A DNA stretch of 64,000 nt, from positions 128,001 through 192,000 of the forward strand of contig JAEOTA010000081.1 of NCBI GenBank assembly GCA_016840085.1, in the 5' to 3' direction. The position numbers and the translations under genes were made by a program. Position 1 is the stretch's first letter. Every line of letters starts with the position of its first letter. The notes under the pieces were generated by a model. It ran no database searches and was not told where the DNA came from. It saw only the letters and a list, made by a program, of their open reading frames with translations. The DNA is from Promethearchaeota archaeon. GTDB lineage: Archaea; Asgardarchaeota; Lokiarchaeia; Sigyniarchaeales; SOKP01. Of the stretch, positions 51,970 through 61,543 are shown one piece after another.

Positions 51970-53895
51970 TCAAAATATTTTCCATACTAATAAATGTTGA
52001 GTTGAGAAAACAGGTTCAAATAATTCCGACTGCTGTAAAGATTGGATTAAGGTGCAATTATTTATACTTCCTGACTGAAAAGTGTCGTTAATAGAAATAA
52101 TATATTGCACATTATACGAGACCAAAACCTCAAAATCTGTCCCCTCTCTTAAATCTAATGCTCTAATAGAATTCAATAGCTCTATTATAGGATCCATTTC
52201 ATTAAAAGTGAAAAGACCGAACCTAAACAATTCGGATAAGGAAAATTTTGCATTCTCATGAACATAATTGGGTGGGATAATACCATAATATAAGGGTATT
52301 CCAATTATTCTAGAACTTCTGCTAAAAGTGGGTAAAAAACCAACCCCTCCAATTCTATCAGAGAGATAAACATCAGTAACATATATTAATCCCTCAATAT
52401 CTTCATTTTGGAAATATTCAATAATTTCGATTTCTTCATTGGTTAAATATCTATTTTCCCATGGATAGGGGCTGGTAGTGAGAGCATGTCTGCCTGCCAC
52501 TACATATAATTCCGAAAATGTTAAAAATGAAATTGTTAATGCTATAATCCAGATCTCTTTTTTCATTTTATGGGGATCAAAAGAAGCGCGTGAAAAAGTT
52601 AGATTATTAAAATTATAAATTAAAAAAACAAACAAAAATAAGATCAAAGAAACAAGCGAGAATAAAAATACATTCCAAAATACAATATTTGAATAATTTT
52701 CATACCTTAGAAAGTAATAACTCACTACTAAAAATAAGAGAAGTATCGGAAAAACCCAATCTAATTTTTTAGAAAAGCTTGAAATAAACTTTTTAATATA
52801 AATTAGACCTTGGACTGAAAAAATTACTATTATAGGCAAAAATATGACTATCGCATAAAAGAAATTAAAAATCGTAAAAAAAAAAGGTATAAGAAAAAGT
52901 TGTAAATAATAAAAATTGTCAATAAATTCATGATGGGAATTGTCAAGTTGTGCATTCTTTTTTTTAGATGTTTTAAAGGCATTAGAATTTTTAAATGTAA
53001 AAGTTAATTTATACAGGGTTATTATTACTCCAATCGGAAAAAAAAGAGAAATTAATCCTATTCTAAATCCAAAATACTCGATCAAAAATGTACTTATTTC
53101 GAGAACAGTTGCATTAACACCAAAATCAGATCTAGATTCAACATCAAAAAATTCTAATCCATAGAAAAAAGCGATAATGCTTAGCGGAAGAAGTAAAAAT
53201 ACAGTAAGATGATGTAATTTTTTATGTTTTCGAATAAAAACCGTAAAAATCATGAATATTATCGTTATAACTGTACCCATCCAGAGTCTATGCGCTAACG
53301 CACCAACCAAGAGAAGTAAAAACATAAGAATCGTTGTTTCAAATTTATTTTGATTATCTGTAGTTATTATCTTTAAATTTAGATTTAAAAGAGCTATCAT
53401 GACAATAGTTATAATAATTCTGGTACCTACGTACATGGCGGTATTACCAATTATGTTCGTAGATAATAAAATAGCAGCTACAAATATAAATCGACTCCAT
53501 TCTTCTTCGAATAGTCTATTTGCGAGATTTCGAGAGCTTTTATAGATAATTAGGATAAGTATAATATTGAACGTTAATATCGCTTCAGCTAGACCAAATG
53601 TACCGAATGAAATAAAGTCCAGAAGACTTATTAAAAATGCAAGGAACATAGGAACGCCTATCGCTCGATGAGAAAAGGGGAAATATCCAAAGTAGGAAAA
53701 GGGGGAGATTAACCACGTATTATTAGAAAATAAAGCCCCCTCTCTAAGAGCATTTGCCATCCATATCACTTGAAATGCGTCTACTCCATATATGCGTGGA
53801 TAATGGATTATTTGGATTACAATTGCCACTAAAACAAGGACAAGGTAATAAAGTCTGTTTTTTTTTATAATTGCACTCATAAAATTATAGCTCAT
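51970..53895 (-). CDS. Multi-pass membrane protein, GT-C-like
   Basis: YGVDAFQVIW acidic loop after the first TM, about 13 hydrophobic segments, soluble C-terminal domain beginning EEIEIIEYF. Confidence 0.55.
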   Translation of the reverse strand: MSYNFMSAIIKKNRLYYLVLVLVAIVIQIIHYPRIYGVDAFQVIWMANALREGALFSNNTWLISPFSYFGYFPFSHRAIGVPMFLAFLISLLDFISFGTFGLAEAILTFNIILILIIYKSSRNLANRLFEEEWSRFIFVAAILLSTNIIGNTAMYVGTRIIITIVMIALLNLNLKIITTDNQNKFETTILMFLLLLVGALAHRLWMGTVITIIFMIFTVFIRKHKKLHHLTVFLLLPLSIIAFFYGLEFFDVESRSDFGVNATVLEISTFLIEYFGFRIGLISLFFPIGVIITLYKLTFTFKNSNAFKTSKKKNAQLDNSHHEFIDNFYYLQLFLIPFFFTIFNFFYAIVIFLPIIVIFSVQGLIYIKKFISSFSKKLDWVFPILLLFLVVSYYFLRYENYSNIVFWNVFLFSLVSLILFLFVFLIYNFNNLTFSRASFDPHKMKKEIWIIALTISFLTFSELYVVAGRHALTTSPYPWENRYLTNEEIEIIEYFQNEDIEGLIYVTDVYLSDRIGGVGFLPTFSRSSRIIGIPLYYGIIPPNYVHENAKFSLSELFRFGLFTFNEMDPIIELLNSIRALDLREGTDFEVLVSYNVQYIISINDTFQSGSINNCTLIQSLQQSELFEPVFSTQHLLVWKIF

Positions 53896-53932
53896 TTTTT
53901 CTTATCTCTTACAGACTTTTTTAAAGACAATT

Positions 53933-55771
53933 TCAAGCCAGACGATTTAATTTTTTTTTGATGAAAAAAGTTGCTTTAATAATAATATATGATACAACAG
54001 CAATTATGAAAATTATAGCTGAAATTAAAAATAAATCCGGAAAGTCCATTTCTTCGTTCATCTTTTCATAAATAGGACCTAGTCCATTATCTTCTAAAGA
54101 ATTTCCCGAAATTTTATTGAACTTACTTTCTTCTAAATATATACCATATTTAAAATTCTTATTAGCGATATTGTAAGTTAAAGTGTTATTATTGGAATAC
54201 CATAAATGAAAACCATGTTGATCATTATTATTAGCGGTGTTGTTAGTTATTGTATTATTATTAGAATAGCTGAGAAAAAAACCATTGAGATTACCCGTTG
54301 CAGTATTATTTATTAAGATATTATTATTGGAAGAACCTAGGTAAACCCCGAGATAAGTGTTATCCTTTATCTCATTACTCATCAAGGAATTATTATAGGA
54401 TGAATCGAGGGATAACCCATGCCTATTATTCGTTATGTTATTGAAAGTCAAAGTATTGAAATTGCTTGAGTTGATTGTGATTCCATTAATATTGCCAATT
54501 GCAGTATTGTCCTCTAAGCTGTTATTATAGGAATCTTTAAGAAGGAAACCATATATATTATTCTTCGCGATATTATTTTCCAATTTTCCGTGTGTCACAT
54601 TCTCTAAATAAAAACCAAAATAATTATTTAAAAAACCATTACTCACTCTTACATTTCTGATTTTAAAATAGATATCCGTGTTTTGAATATGAACTCCGTG
54701 TCCCACTGAAGCAACAATTTCATAATTTTCGATAATATAGGGATTGTTGTAAGTTCCATCACCAGAATAGTTATAAGCAACCGCTTTTTGATAAAAATCA
54801 GAATTTCCATCAACATGAATAGTATAGCTAACAATAACTTCGATTATATTCGAATCTAGTTCTTCATATTTATTAATTGCTTTTACAAAAAATTCATAAG
54901 TTCCTATAGCTAAATTATGGATGGTGTAATCTGTTGTTGTTAATCTTTCAGCTATAATTTCATTATTTTGATATAATGTATAACTATCAGCATACTTCGA
55001 AACTGTCCAGGTTAGTGTGAATGATCCATCCTCATCGAAGCCATCGACGTCTGAAAATAAAGTAAATGGTTGCGGACCGCGACCGCATATATTATCTGAA
55101 ATATTATTCCATATGCAATTTTTCTCATAAATGCAATCTATACCATTACGCAATAAAACATTTTCCGAAATTGTATTATTATTGCTATTATCTAAAAATA
55201 TACCGTATTCAATATTATCATTAGCAGTATTATTAATTAGGGAATTATTTGTGGAATACCAGATCCGAAATCCATGTAAATTGTCATTTGCAATATTACC
55301 TTCCAAGGTGTTATTATCGGAATCTTTGAAGAGGAAACTAGCGATATTATTATTAGCAGTATTGTTTATCAATTTTCCGTTAGTTATATTATTGAAATAA
55401 AATCCATGTTTATAGTTTGAAGCACCATTGCTTATGATCACATTTTTGATAATGAAATAGAGATCCGTGTTTCGAATCTCGATTCCGTGATCGTCGAAGG
55501 AGGTACTGATAATATAATTTTCAATAATGTAAGGGTTACTGAGAGTTCCATCGCCATCCCAACCCTCGCTACTTGCTTTAACAGTAAACATATTATTACC
55601 ATCAATAAAAATAGGATTATGATTTTCCGATATTTTAAGATATTCATTATTTTTCTTGTTTCTATTTGTTTGTAATATTTCGTGAGTATTGAAATAGAGT
55701 ATTGACACTATGAAAAATATACAGAAGATGAGAGTTAGTATTAAAACGTTTTTCTTTCTATTACTCATCAT
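53933..55771 (-). CDS. Membrane-anchored surface protein with two NosD/CASH right-handed beta-helix domains flanking an FN3-like domain
   Basis: N-terminal signal/TM, two GDGT-x2-NPYIIENY starts, many SNNNT/GI-x-L repeats, LTWT..ADSYTLY..YEFFVKAIN, C-terminal TM with basic tail. Confidence 0.85.
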   Translation of the reverse strand: MMSNRKKNVLILTLIFCIFFIVSILYFNTHEILQTNRNKKNNEYLKISENHNPIFIDGNNMFTVKASSEGWDGDGTLSNPYIIENYIISTSFDDHGIEIRNTDLYFIIKNVIISNGASNYKHGFYFNNITNGKLINNTANNNIASFLFKDSDNNTLEGNIANDNLHGFRIWYSTNNSLINNTANDNIEYGIFLDNSNNNTISENVLLRNGIDCIYEKNCIWNNISDNICGRGPQPFTLFSDVDGFDEDGSFTLTWTVSKYADSYTLYQNNEIIAERLTTTDYTIHNLAIGTYEFFVKAINKYEELDSNIIEVIVSYTIHVDGNSDFYQKAVAYNYSGDGTYNNPYIIENYEIVASVGHGVHIQNTDIYFKIRNVRVSNGFLNNYFGFYLENVTHGKLENNIAKNNIYGFLLKDSYNNSLEDNTAIGNINGITINSSNFNTLTFNNITNNRHGLSLDSSYNNSLMSNEIKDNTYLGVYLGSSNNNILINNTATGNLNGFFLSYSNNNTITNNTANNNDQHGFHLWYSNNNTLTYNIANKNFKYGIYLEESKFNKISGNSLEDNGLGPIYEKMNEEMDFPDLFLISAIIFIIAVVSYIIIKATFFIKKKLNRLA

Positions 55772-56339
55772 TTTTCATATTGGTTTTATTATTTAATTTT
55801 TATTATCTACCAATAGATAAGGAACTGTTATTTAAATTTTATATTTTATTAGCTTTTTAGATCCATTTTATGAAGGCTAAATAAGCTCTTAATTGAATGA
55901 ACATATTTGATTATAATTAAAAATTTTGAAATTATATAATAGGATTTTTTAAATAAATTCTCATTTTGCTATAACTTTGGATTTTTTTTCGCTTTTGAGA
56001 ACAAGATTTCTAGCAATTAATAAATTTTTAGTTAAATTATGATTTATTACGTTAATTTTTATCTCCTTTTCATAAAATTTAATTATATATGCTCGAATCT
56101 TTAGATATATTGTCAATTATAGCAAATCCAATCTCCTTTAAGTTATTCAAAGACTTTATTGAATCTAAATGTCATTTAAGGAATTTTGCTTTATTATATA
56201 AGGAAAAATTTACTAATTTTTTAGGATTTGTCATTTATACTGTTTAAAAGGCTCTAATATCTCAAAAAGGATTTTGTTATGTTCCTAAAAGTTTTACAAA
56301 AAGATATTTAACATAAAAATATTTTGAAAATTAACTCAA

Positions 56340-56833
56340 TCCAAAAGCAAGAATTCAATACCTTTATTATTTTTATTTTAATTTTTCATTATTTACTTCA
56401 TTTTTCTATGAATCAAGAGCAATAGACACCTTTTGTTTAAAAAGACGAGAAGTAAGTTCTACACGGTGGTATTATCATTTCTGAATTTGGATGGGGGTCG
56501 ACTTTTATTTACTATGATTATCCGTTTGGAGATAACCATAAAACACTACCATTAAAATCAATTCATTTTTTTTTAGATGTAAATTCTTCTACATTACATC
56601 CCTCCTTACATTATCCGAATGGTATTAATATATTGAAGAAATTGAAGGCAGAATATAATACTGATGTTATAATAATCTTGCCGGGATATTACTATTCACT
56701 ACTTAGTTGGAGTTTCTTTGATCAGCTTAATGAAGAGGAAAAAGAAGTATATTATACGCTCGAATATTTAAATCGAATTTTTTCAGCTAAGACAGAAGCA
56801 GGTGAAGAAACACCTTATTATTGGGTTATATGA
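56340..56833 (+). pseudogene. C-terminal remnant of a membrane (GT-C-like) protein
   Basis: Start-less open frame 56456-56833 (HGGIIISEFGWGSTFIYYDYP...LNRIFSAK..PYYWVI*), preceded in another frame by FSLFTSFFYESRAID..KRREVSS. Confidence 0.55.
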
Positions 56834-57017
56834 ATAAATTTATTGATTAAAAGAATAATAATTCAGGAATTTTCGTAAAAGGGCAAATTATAAGGATACT
56901 TGTAATGAAAGAAAGTTTTGATATCATTAAATGTTAATAAATTTTGTAAATATTTTTGAGATGAGAGTTTATTGATTTATTATAGTGTGAAACGCACAAA
57001 AATTAAGCGTGTTTTAA

Positions 57018-57526
57018 ATGGATAGGCAAAGAATATTAAGAGAAGCCCAAAAATTGCCTTAAAATTTTCATTTTGGATGGTTTCAGGGAACATTGCTCAC
57101 TTATATGGACATATGTATGAAATACCTGAAAAAAAATATGAATTAGTAATAAAATTTGGCGAGAATTTCCCAAATCCCCCTCCTAAACTAGTGGATCATG
57201 ATGAAATAAAGAGAGTATTAGGGGATTTTCAATTAAAAAATATAACAAATTGGGCTCCTGAGAAAGCTGTAATTGATATTATTGAAGAACTTAATATGAA
57301 AATTCAAGAAACATTAGAAATGCCAAAAGAAGAGTTGATTTCACCAAAAACCGAGGAATATATCACTCCTGATTTAAATGCATATCCCCCAGATGCCGAG
57401 TTGAATAAATATCTTACTCCCTCTTATACTGAAAATGAATTTTTCTAAGATAAACCGCCAGAGATTTCTGATCTTCATTTAACTGAAAATTCCATAAATG
57501 AATCAAAAACTATACCACGAGAGTGA
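57018..57526 (+). pseudogene. Degenerate copy of the 5' ~510 nt of the UBC-like/RING gene at 61544
   Basis: MDRQRILREAQK, 1-nt deletion, FSFWMVSGNIAHLYG...EEYITPDLN, TAA in place of TAT at 57446-57448. Similarity ends near 57526. Confidence 0.93.
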
Positions 57527-57800
57527 AAGTGTATTAGTAATTTTAGATTCAGATCATTCAAAGAATCATGTTCTTACAGAATTAAAAATCTATAGTAAGA
57601 TTGTGACTATAGGTAGTTATATCATTGTAGAAGATTTAAATATTAATGGAGATCCCATTTTACCTTAATTTGGTCCGAGTCCTATGGAAGCTATCAAGGA
57701 ATTTTTGAAAGATAATAATAATTTTATAATTGATAAATCCAAGGAAAAATTTTTTATAACCTTCTTTTCTCCAAATGGTTATCTTAAAAGAATAAAATAA
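57525..57800 (+). pseudogene. C-terminal remnant of a CmcI family (cephalosporin hydroxylase / rhamnosyl O-methyltransferase-like) protein
   Basis: VLVILDSDHSKNHVLTELKIYSKIVTIGSYIIVED..P*FGPSPMEAIKEFL..SPNGYLKRIK*, with an in-frame stop at 57666-57668. Confidence 0.85.
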
Positions 57801-57911
57801 GTGAGTTGTATCTTAAAAAAATCAATATTTTTAATCAAATTACCAAATATTTATGAGATTTATTTAATCTAATTGAATTATATTCCTTTTCTTAAAAATC
57901 AGATCGTCATA

Positions 57912-57929
57912 ATCTGACATTTGTCAGAT
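57912..57929. promoter_or_regulatory. Palindrome ATCTGACA-TT-TGTCAGAT, candidate operator upstream of rmlA
   Basis: Perfect 8-bp arms about 135 nt before the rmlA start. Confidence 0.45.
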
Positions 57930-58063
57930 GATATAAAGAAGAAAATGAGAAAAAATCATTAAATACGGGTATATCTTATAAAAAAATCTTAAAATAAAAG
58001 AATAAAAAATAATATTAAAGAATTAAAAATATTACGAATTAAACCCAAATATTCAAAAAATAG

Positions 58064-58813
58064 TTGAGTATTATTAAAGGAGTTATTTTAGCGGGAGGAA
58101 CGGGTTCAAGGTTATCTCCTTTAACCAAAGTAACAAACAAACATCTTTTACCCGTTTATAATGAGCCAATGATTTATAAGGTTATTAAAACTCTAACTAA
58201 TTCAGGAATTGGAGATATTACTATTGTATTGGGTGGAGAGAGTGTTGGCGATTTTGTAAGATTACTGGGGGATGGTAGCGAATTTAATGCTAGTTTTAGT
58301 TATGTTTATCAACAAAAAGCGGGAGGTATAGCAGAAGCTTTATATTTAACAAAAAAAATTGTTGAGGGGGACAAAGTGGCTGTTATTTTAGGAGATAATA
58401 TATTCGAAAATACTTTCAAGTCCGAAATTGAGGAATTTGAAAAAACAAACGCATATCAATGTTGCTTATTTTTGAAAGAAGTAAAGGATCCAAAAAGATT
58501 TGGTGTTGCAGAATTAGATGGAAGAAATACTATAAAATCAATTGAGGAAAAACCAAAAAATCCACAAAGTAACTTTGCTGTGACAGGGTTATATATCTAT
58601 GATGAAAATATTTTCAAAGTAATTAATTATATTATCAATAAAATCGGATATTCAAAACGAGGAGAACTAGAAATTACTGATGTTAATAACTACTATATTA
58701 AGAATTACAAAACCAAAGCAGTAAAAGTGGACGGTTTTTGGTCAGATGCTGGAACTTTCGATACTTTAATCAAATCTAGTAATTTTATTCAATCAGTTTT
58801 AAAAAAGGAATAA
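58064..58813 (+). CDS. rmlA: Glucose-1-phosphate thymidylyltransferase (short form)
   Basis: GVILAGGTGSRLSPLT..NKHLLPVY, LGDN, EEKP, RGELEITD, WSDAGT. Confidence 0.93.
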   Translation: MSIIKGVILAGGTGSRLSPLTKVTNKHLLPVYNEPMIYKVIKTLTNSGIGDITIVLGGESVGDFVRLLGDGSEFNASFSYVYQQKAGGIAEALYLTKKIVEGDKVAVILGDNIFENTFKSEIEEFEKTNAYQCCLFLKEVKDPKRFGVAELDGRNTIKSIEEKPKNPQSNFAVTGLYIYDENIFKVINYIINKIGYSKRGELEITDVNNYYIKNYKTKAVKVDGFWSDAGTFDTLIKSSNFIQSVLKKE

Positions 58814-58864
58814 AAGGATACTAACAAATAAAATTATTTAATTAGTTTTAGTGAGAATTTAAAA

Positions 58865-59326
58865 ATGGATTTAATTGAAGGGTTGGCAATAAAAAGTTTA
58901 AAACCAAATTTAGATGAGAGAGGTTATTTGCAGGAGTGTTTTAGATCAGATTGGTCGATATTTAAAAAATTTGGTCAAGCTTATATTACTATAGCATTTC
59001 CTGGTGTTGTTAAAGCATGGCATATGCACAAGATACAAACAGATAATATGGTATGTATATATGGAAATGCAAAGTTAGTTTTATGTGATAATAGAGAAAC
59101 AAGTTCTACTTATAAAAAAGTAACTGAGATCTTTTTTGGGGAAAAAAATCCTCTTTTAGTAAATATACCTCCTAATATTTGGCATGGTTTTAAAGCAATT
59201 GGGGGAAGAAAAATTATTGTCTTAAATTGTCCCACAGAACTCTATAATTATGAAAATCCCGATGAATTTCGATTACCTTATGATAGTGAAGAAATAGATT
59301 ATGATTGGGACATTAAAATGGGATAA
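58865..59326 (+). CDS. rmlC: dTDP-4-dehydrorhamnose 3,5-epimerase
   Basis: DERG, VKAWHMH..QTD, IPPNIWHGF. Confidence 0.9.
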   Translation: MDLIEGLAIKSLKPNLDERGYLQECFRSDWSIFKKFGQAYITIAFPGVVKAWHMHKIQTDNMVCIYGNAKLVLCDNRETSSTYKKVTEIFFGEKNPLLVNIPPNIWHGFKAIGGRKIIVLNCPTELYNYENPDEFRLPYDSEEIDYDWDIKMG

Positions 59327-59346
59327 ACTCTAAAATTATAAAAAAT

Positions 59347-60378
59347 ATGAGTGAAATGAAGAATATCTTAGTTACAGGAGGAATGGGGTTTATCGGAAGT
59401 AATTTCATTAGATTTATTCTTGATTTAAATCAAGATTTCAATATTATTAATGTTGATAAATTAACCTACGCAGGCAATCCTGAAAATTTAAAAGAATTTA
59501 CTGATAAATTTTCAAACTGCTACAGATTTTATAAAAATGATATTTGTGATTTTGATTCGATTGATAAAATTGTTAAAAAAGAAAATATAGAGTATATTAT
59601 TAATTTTGCAGCAGAATCTCATGTAGACCGTTCGATTAATAATTCCACTACTTTTTGTAATACAAATTTTATGGGAACACAGTCCTTATTAAATGCTGCT
59701 AAAATAAATGGTATTAGAAAATTTCTGCAAATTTCTACTGATGAAGTCTATGGATCTTTAGATTTTGAAGACCCTCCTTTTACTGAGCAAACTCCTTTAG
59801 CTCCAAACAGTCCTTATTCTGCAAGTAAAGCTTCAGCTGATCTTTTAGTAAATGCTTATTATAAAACCTTTGGATTACCTGTAAACATAACTCGCTGTTC
59901 TAATAATTATGGACTTTATCAATTTCCTGAAAAATTTATTCCTTTAATGATCACCAATGCCTTAAATAACAAAAAACTCCCTGTTTATGGAAAAGGGATT
60001 AATATTAGAGATTGGATTTACGTAGAAGATCATTGTAAAGCAATTTTAGAAGTTCTATTAAATGGAAGAATTGGAGAAACTTATAATATCGGTGGAGATT
60101 CTGAGATTGCTAATATTGATTTAGTTAAAATAATATTAAAACATTTAAATAAACCTGAATCTCTCATAACTTTTGTAAAGGATCGTCCAGGACATGATTT
60201 ACGGTATGCTATTAATCACGATAAAATTACAAGAGAACTAAATTGGAAACCTAATATAAAATTCGAAAATGGATTAGAAATAACCATTCAATGGTATAAG
60301 CACAACGAAAATTGGTTAAATAACGTGATAAGCAAAGAATATCTTAAATATTATGAGCACCAATATAAAAACAGATAA
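59347..60378 (+). CDS. rmlB: dTDP-glucose 4,6-dehydratase
   Basis: GGMGFIGSNF, DKLTYAGN, AAESHVDRSI, STDEVYG, YSASKA, DRPGHDLRY. Confidence 0.96.
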   Translation: MSEMKNILVTGGMGFIGSNFIRFILDLNQDFNIINVDKLTYAGNPENLKEFTDKFSNCYRFYKNDICDFDSIDKIVKKENIEYIINFAAESHVDRSINNSTTFCNTNFMGTQSLLNAAKINGIRKFLQISTDEVYGSLDFEDPPFTEQTPLAPNSPYSASKASADLLVNAYYKTFGLPVNITRCSNNYGLYQFPEKFIPLMITNALNNKKLPVYGKGINIRDWIYVEDHCKAILEVLLNGRIGETYNIGGDSEIANIDLVKIILKHLNKPESLITFVKDRPGHDLRYAINHDKITRELNWKPNIKFENGLEITIQWYKHNENWLNNVISKEYLKYYEHQYKNR

Positions 60379-61288
60379 AAACCTTAAAAAAGTTCTGATA
60401 GTGGGTGCAAACGGATTTTTAGGCACTAATTTATTAAGATTTAGAACTTCTCATGACTATATAAGTCAAAATCTGGATTTAATTGCTGCGGATCTAGATA
60501 ATTCAAATATTCCCTCTGATGTTCAATTTCATAAGATTAATATTACCAACCATGAACAAACTCGTAAAAAAATCACTAAAATTGCTCCAGATATCGTCAT
60601 TCTGACCGCAGCCATGACAAATGTGGATCAATGCGAAGTTAATAAAAATCTTGCAACTAAAGTAAATGTAGAAGGACCATTTAACATAATTAAGGCATGT
60701 AAAAAGACAGGTTCTAAATTAATTTTTATATCAACAGATTTTATATTTGATGGAATGAAAAAAAGAGGGTATTCTTATAAAGAAACTGACGTTCCAAATC
60801 CTTTAAGTTATTATGCAAAAACTAAATATGAAGCAGAATTGGTTATTTTCAGTTCTGGGATTGAATATTTAATATGTAGAACTGGAGTATTATATGGTTG
60901 GAATGAAAAGAAATTGAATTTTATTACATGGATTTTAAATAACCTAGAACAAAATAAACCAATATCAATCATTACAAATCAGATTAACTCCCCTACTTTT
61001 ATAGCTAATTTAGCTCAAATATTATTAAAATTAGTTGAAAAAGAAGCCAAGGGGATTTATCATACGGTAGGAGATTGCGCTTTAAATAGATATGAAATAG
61101 CTTTAAAATGTGCGGATATTTTTGAATACCATAAAGATCTGATTACTCCAATAGATCATTTAGAACAGAAAGCGATAAGACCTAAAAATGCTAGCTTAGA
61201 TATAACAAAATTAAAAAATTTACTAGGATCAGAACTTAAAATTTTTAATCTTGATGATGGTTTAAAATATATGAGAAATTTTAAGTAA
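60353..61288 (+). CDS. rmlD: dTDP-4-dehydrorhamnose reductase
   Basis: GANGFLG, AAMTNVDQCE, STDFIFDG, PLSYYAKTK, RP. Confidence 0.93.
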   Translation: MSTNIKTDKNLKKVLIVGANGFLGTNLLRFRTSHDYISQNLDLIAADLDNSNIPSDVQFHKINITNHEQTRKKITKIAPDIVILTAAMTNVDQCEVNKNLATKVNVEGPFNIIKACKKTGSKLIFISTDFIFDGMKKRGYSYKETDVPNPLSYYAKTKYEAELVIFSSGIEYLICRTGVLYGWNEKKLNFITWILNNLEQNKPISIITNQINSPTFIANLAQILLKLVEKEAKGIYHTVGDCALNRYEIALKCADIFEYHKDLITPIDHLEQKAIRPKNASLDITKLKNLLGSELKIFNLDDGLKYMRNFK

Positions 61289-61508
61289 ATTTAAAGAGTA
61301 TATTAAATTTATCAACTCTATTCTAATTATTTAAATTTTATAATGTAATTTTGTAATATTTGATTTAGAAATTTTACAAATTCTTTCAAAATATAATTTA
61401 TTCAGAAATAGTATCTTTTAATAATTATAAAAAGATATTTTCACGAAATTAAAAGAAGTACTAATATTAAATATTCAATAATATTTTTAAGAGAATTCTT
61501 TAATGTTC

Positions 61509-61516
61509 TTTATATA
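61509..61516 (+). promoter_or_regulatory. Putative archaeal TATA box TTTATATA
   Basis: Ends 27 nt before ATG 61544, which fits a leaderless or short-leader transcript. Confidence 0.45.
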
Positions 61517-61543
61517 CAAAAAGTAAAAAATTCTGATATCTAA

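Noticed and set aside
23863-53895. AglB/STT3 oligosaccharyltransferase call for the large membrane proteins
   Set aside because: None contains the WWDYG-type motif.
1748-55675. Short overlapping or antisense ORFs in the track (e.g. 1748-2017, 4961-5257, 9884-10180, 13183-13422, 40683-40967, 50215-50559, 55131-55400)
   Set aside because: They lie within well-supported genes in other frames and have no recognisable motifs.
4339-57800. TAA recoding or read-through, suggested by in-frame TAAs in the sulfotransferase, wecB, the UBC copy and the CmcI remnant
   Set aside because: TAA is the normal stop of many intact genes here, the replaced residues differ (Gln, Tyr, others), and three of the four genes have further lesions.
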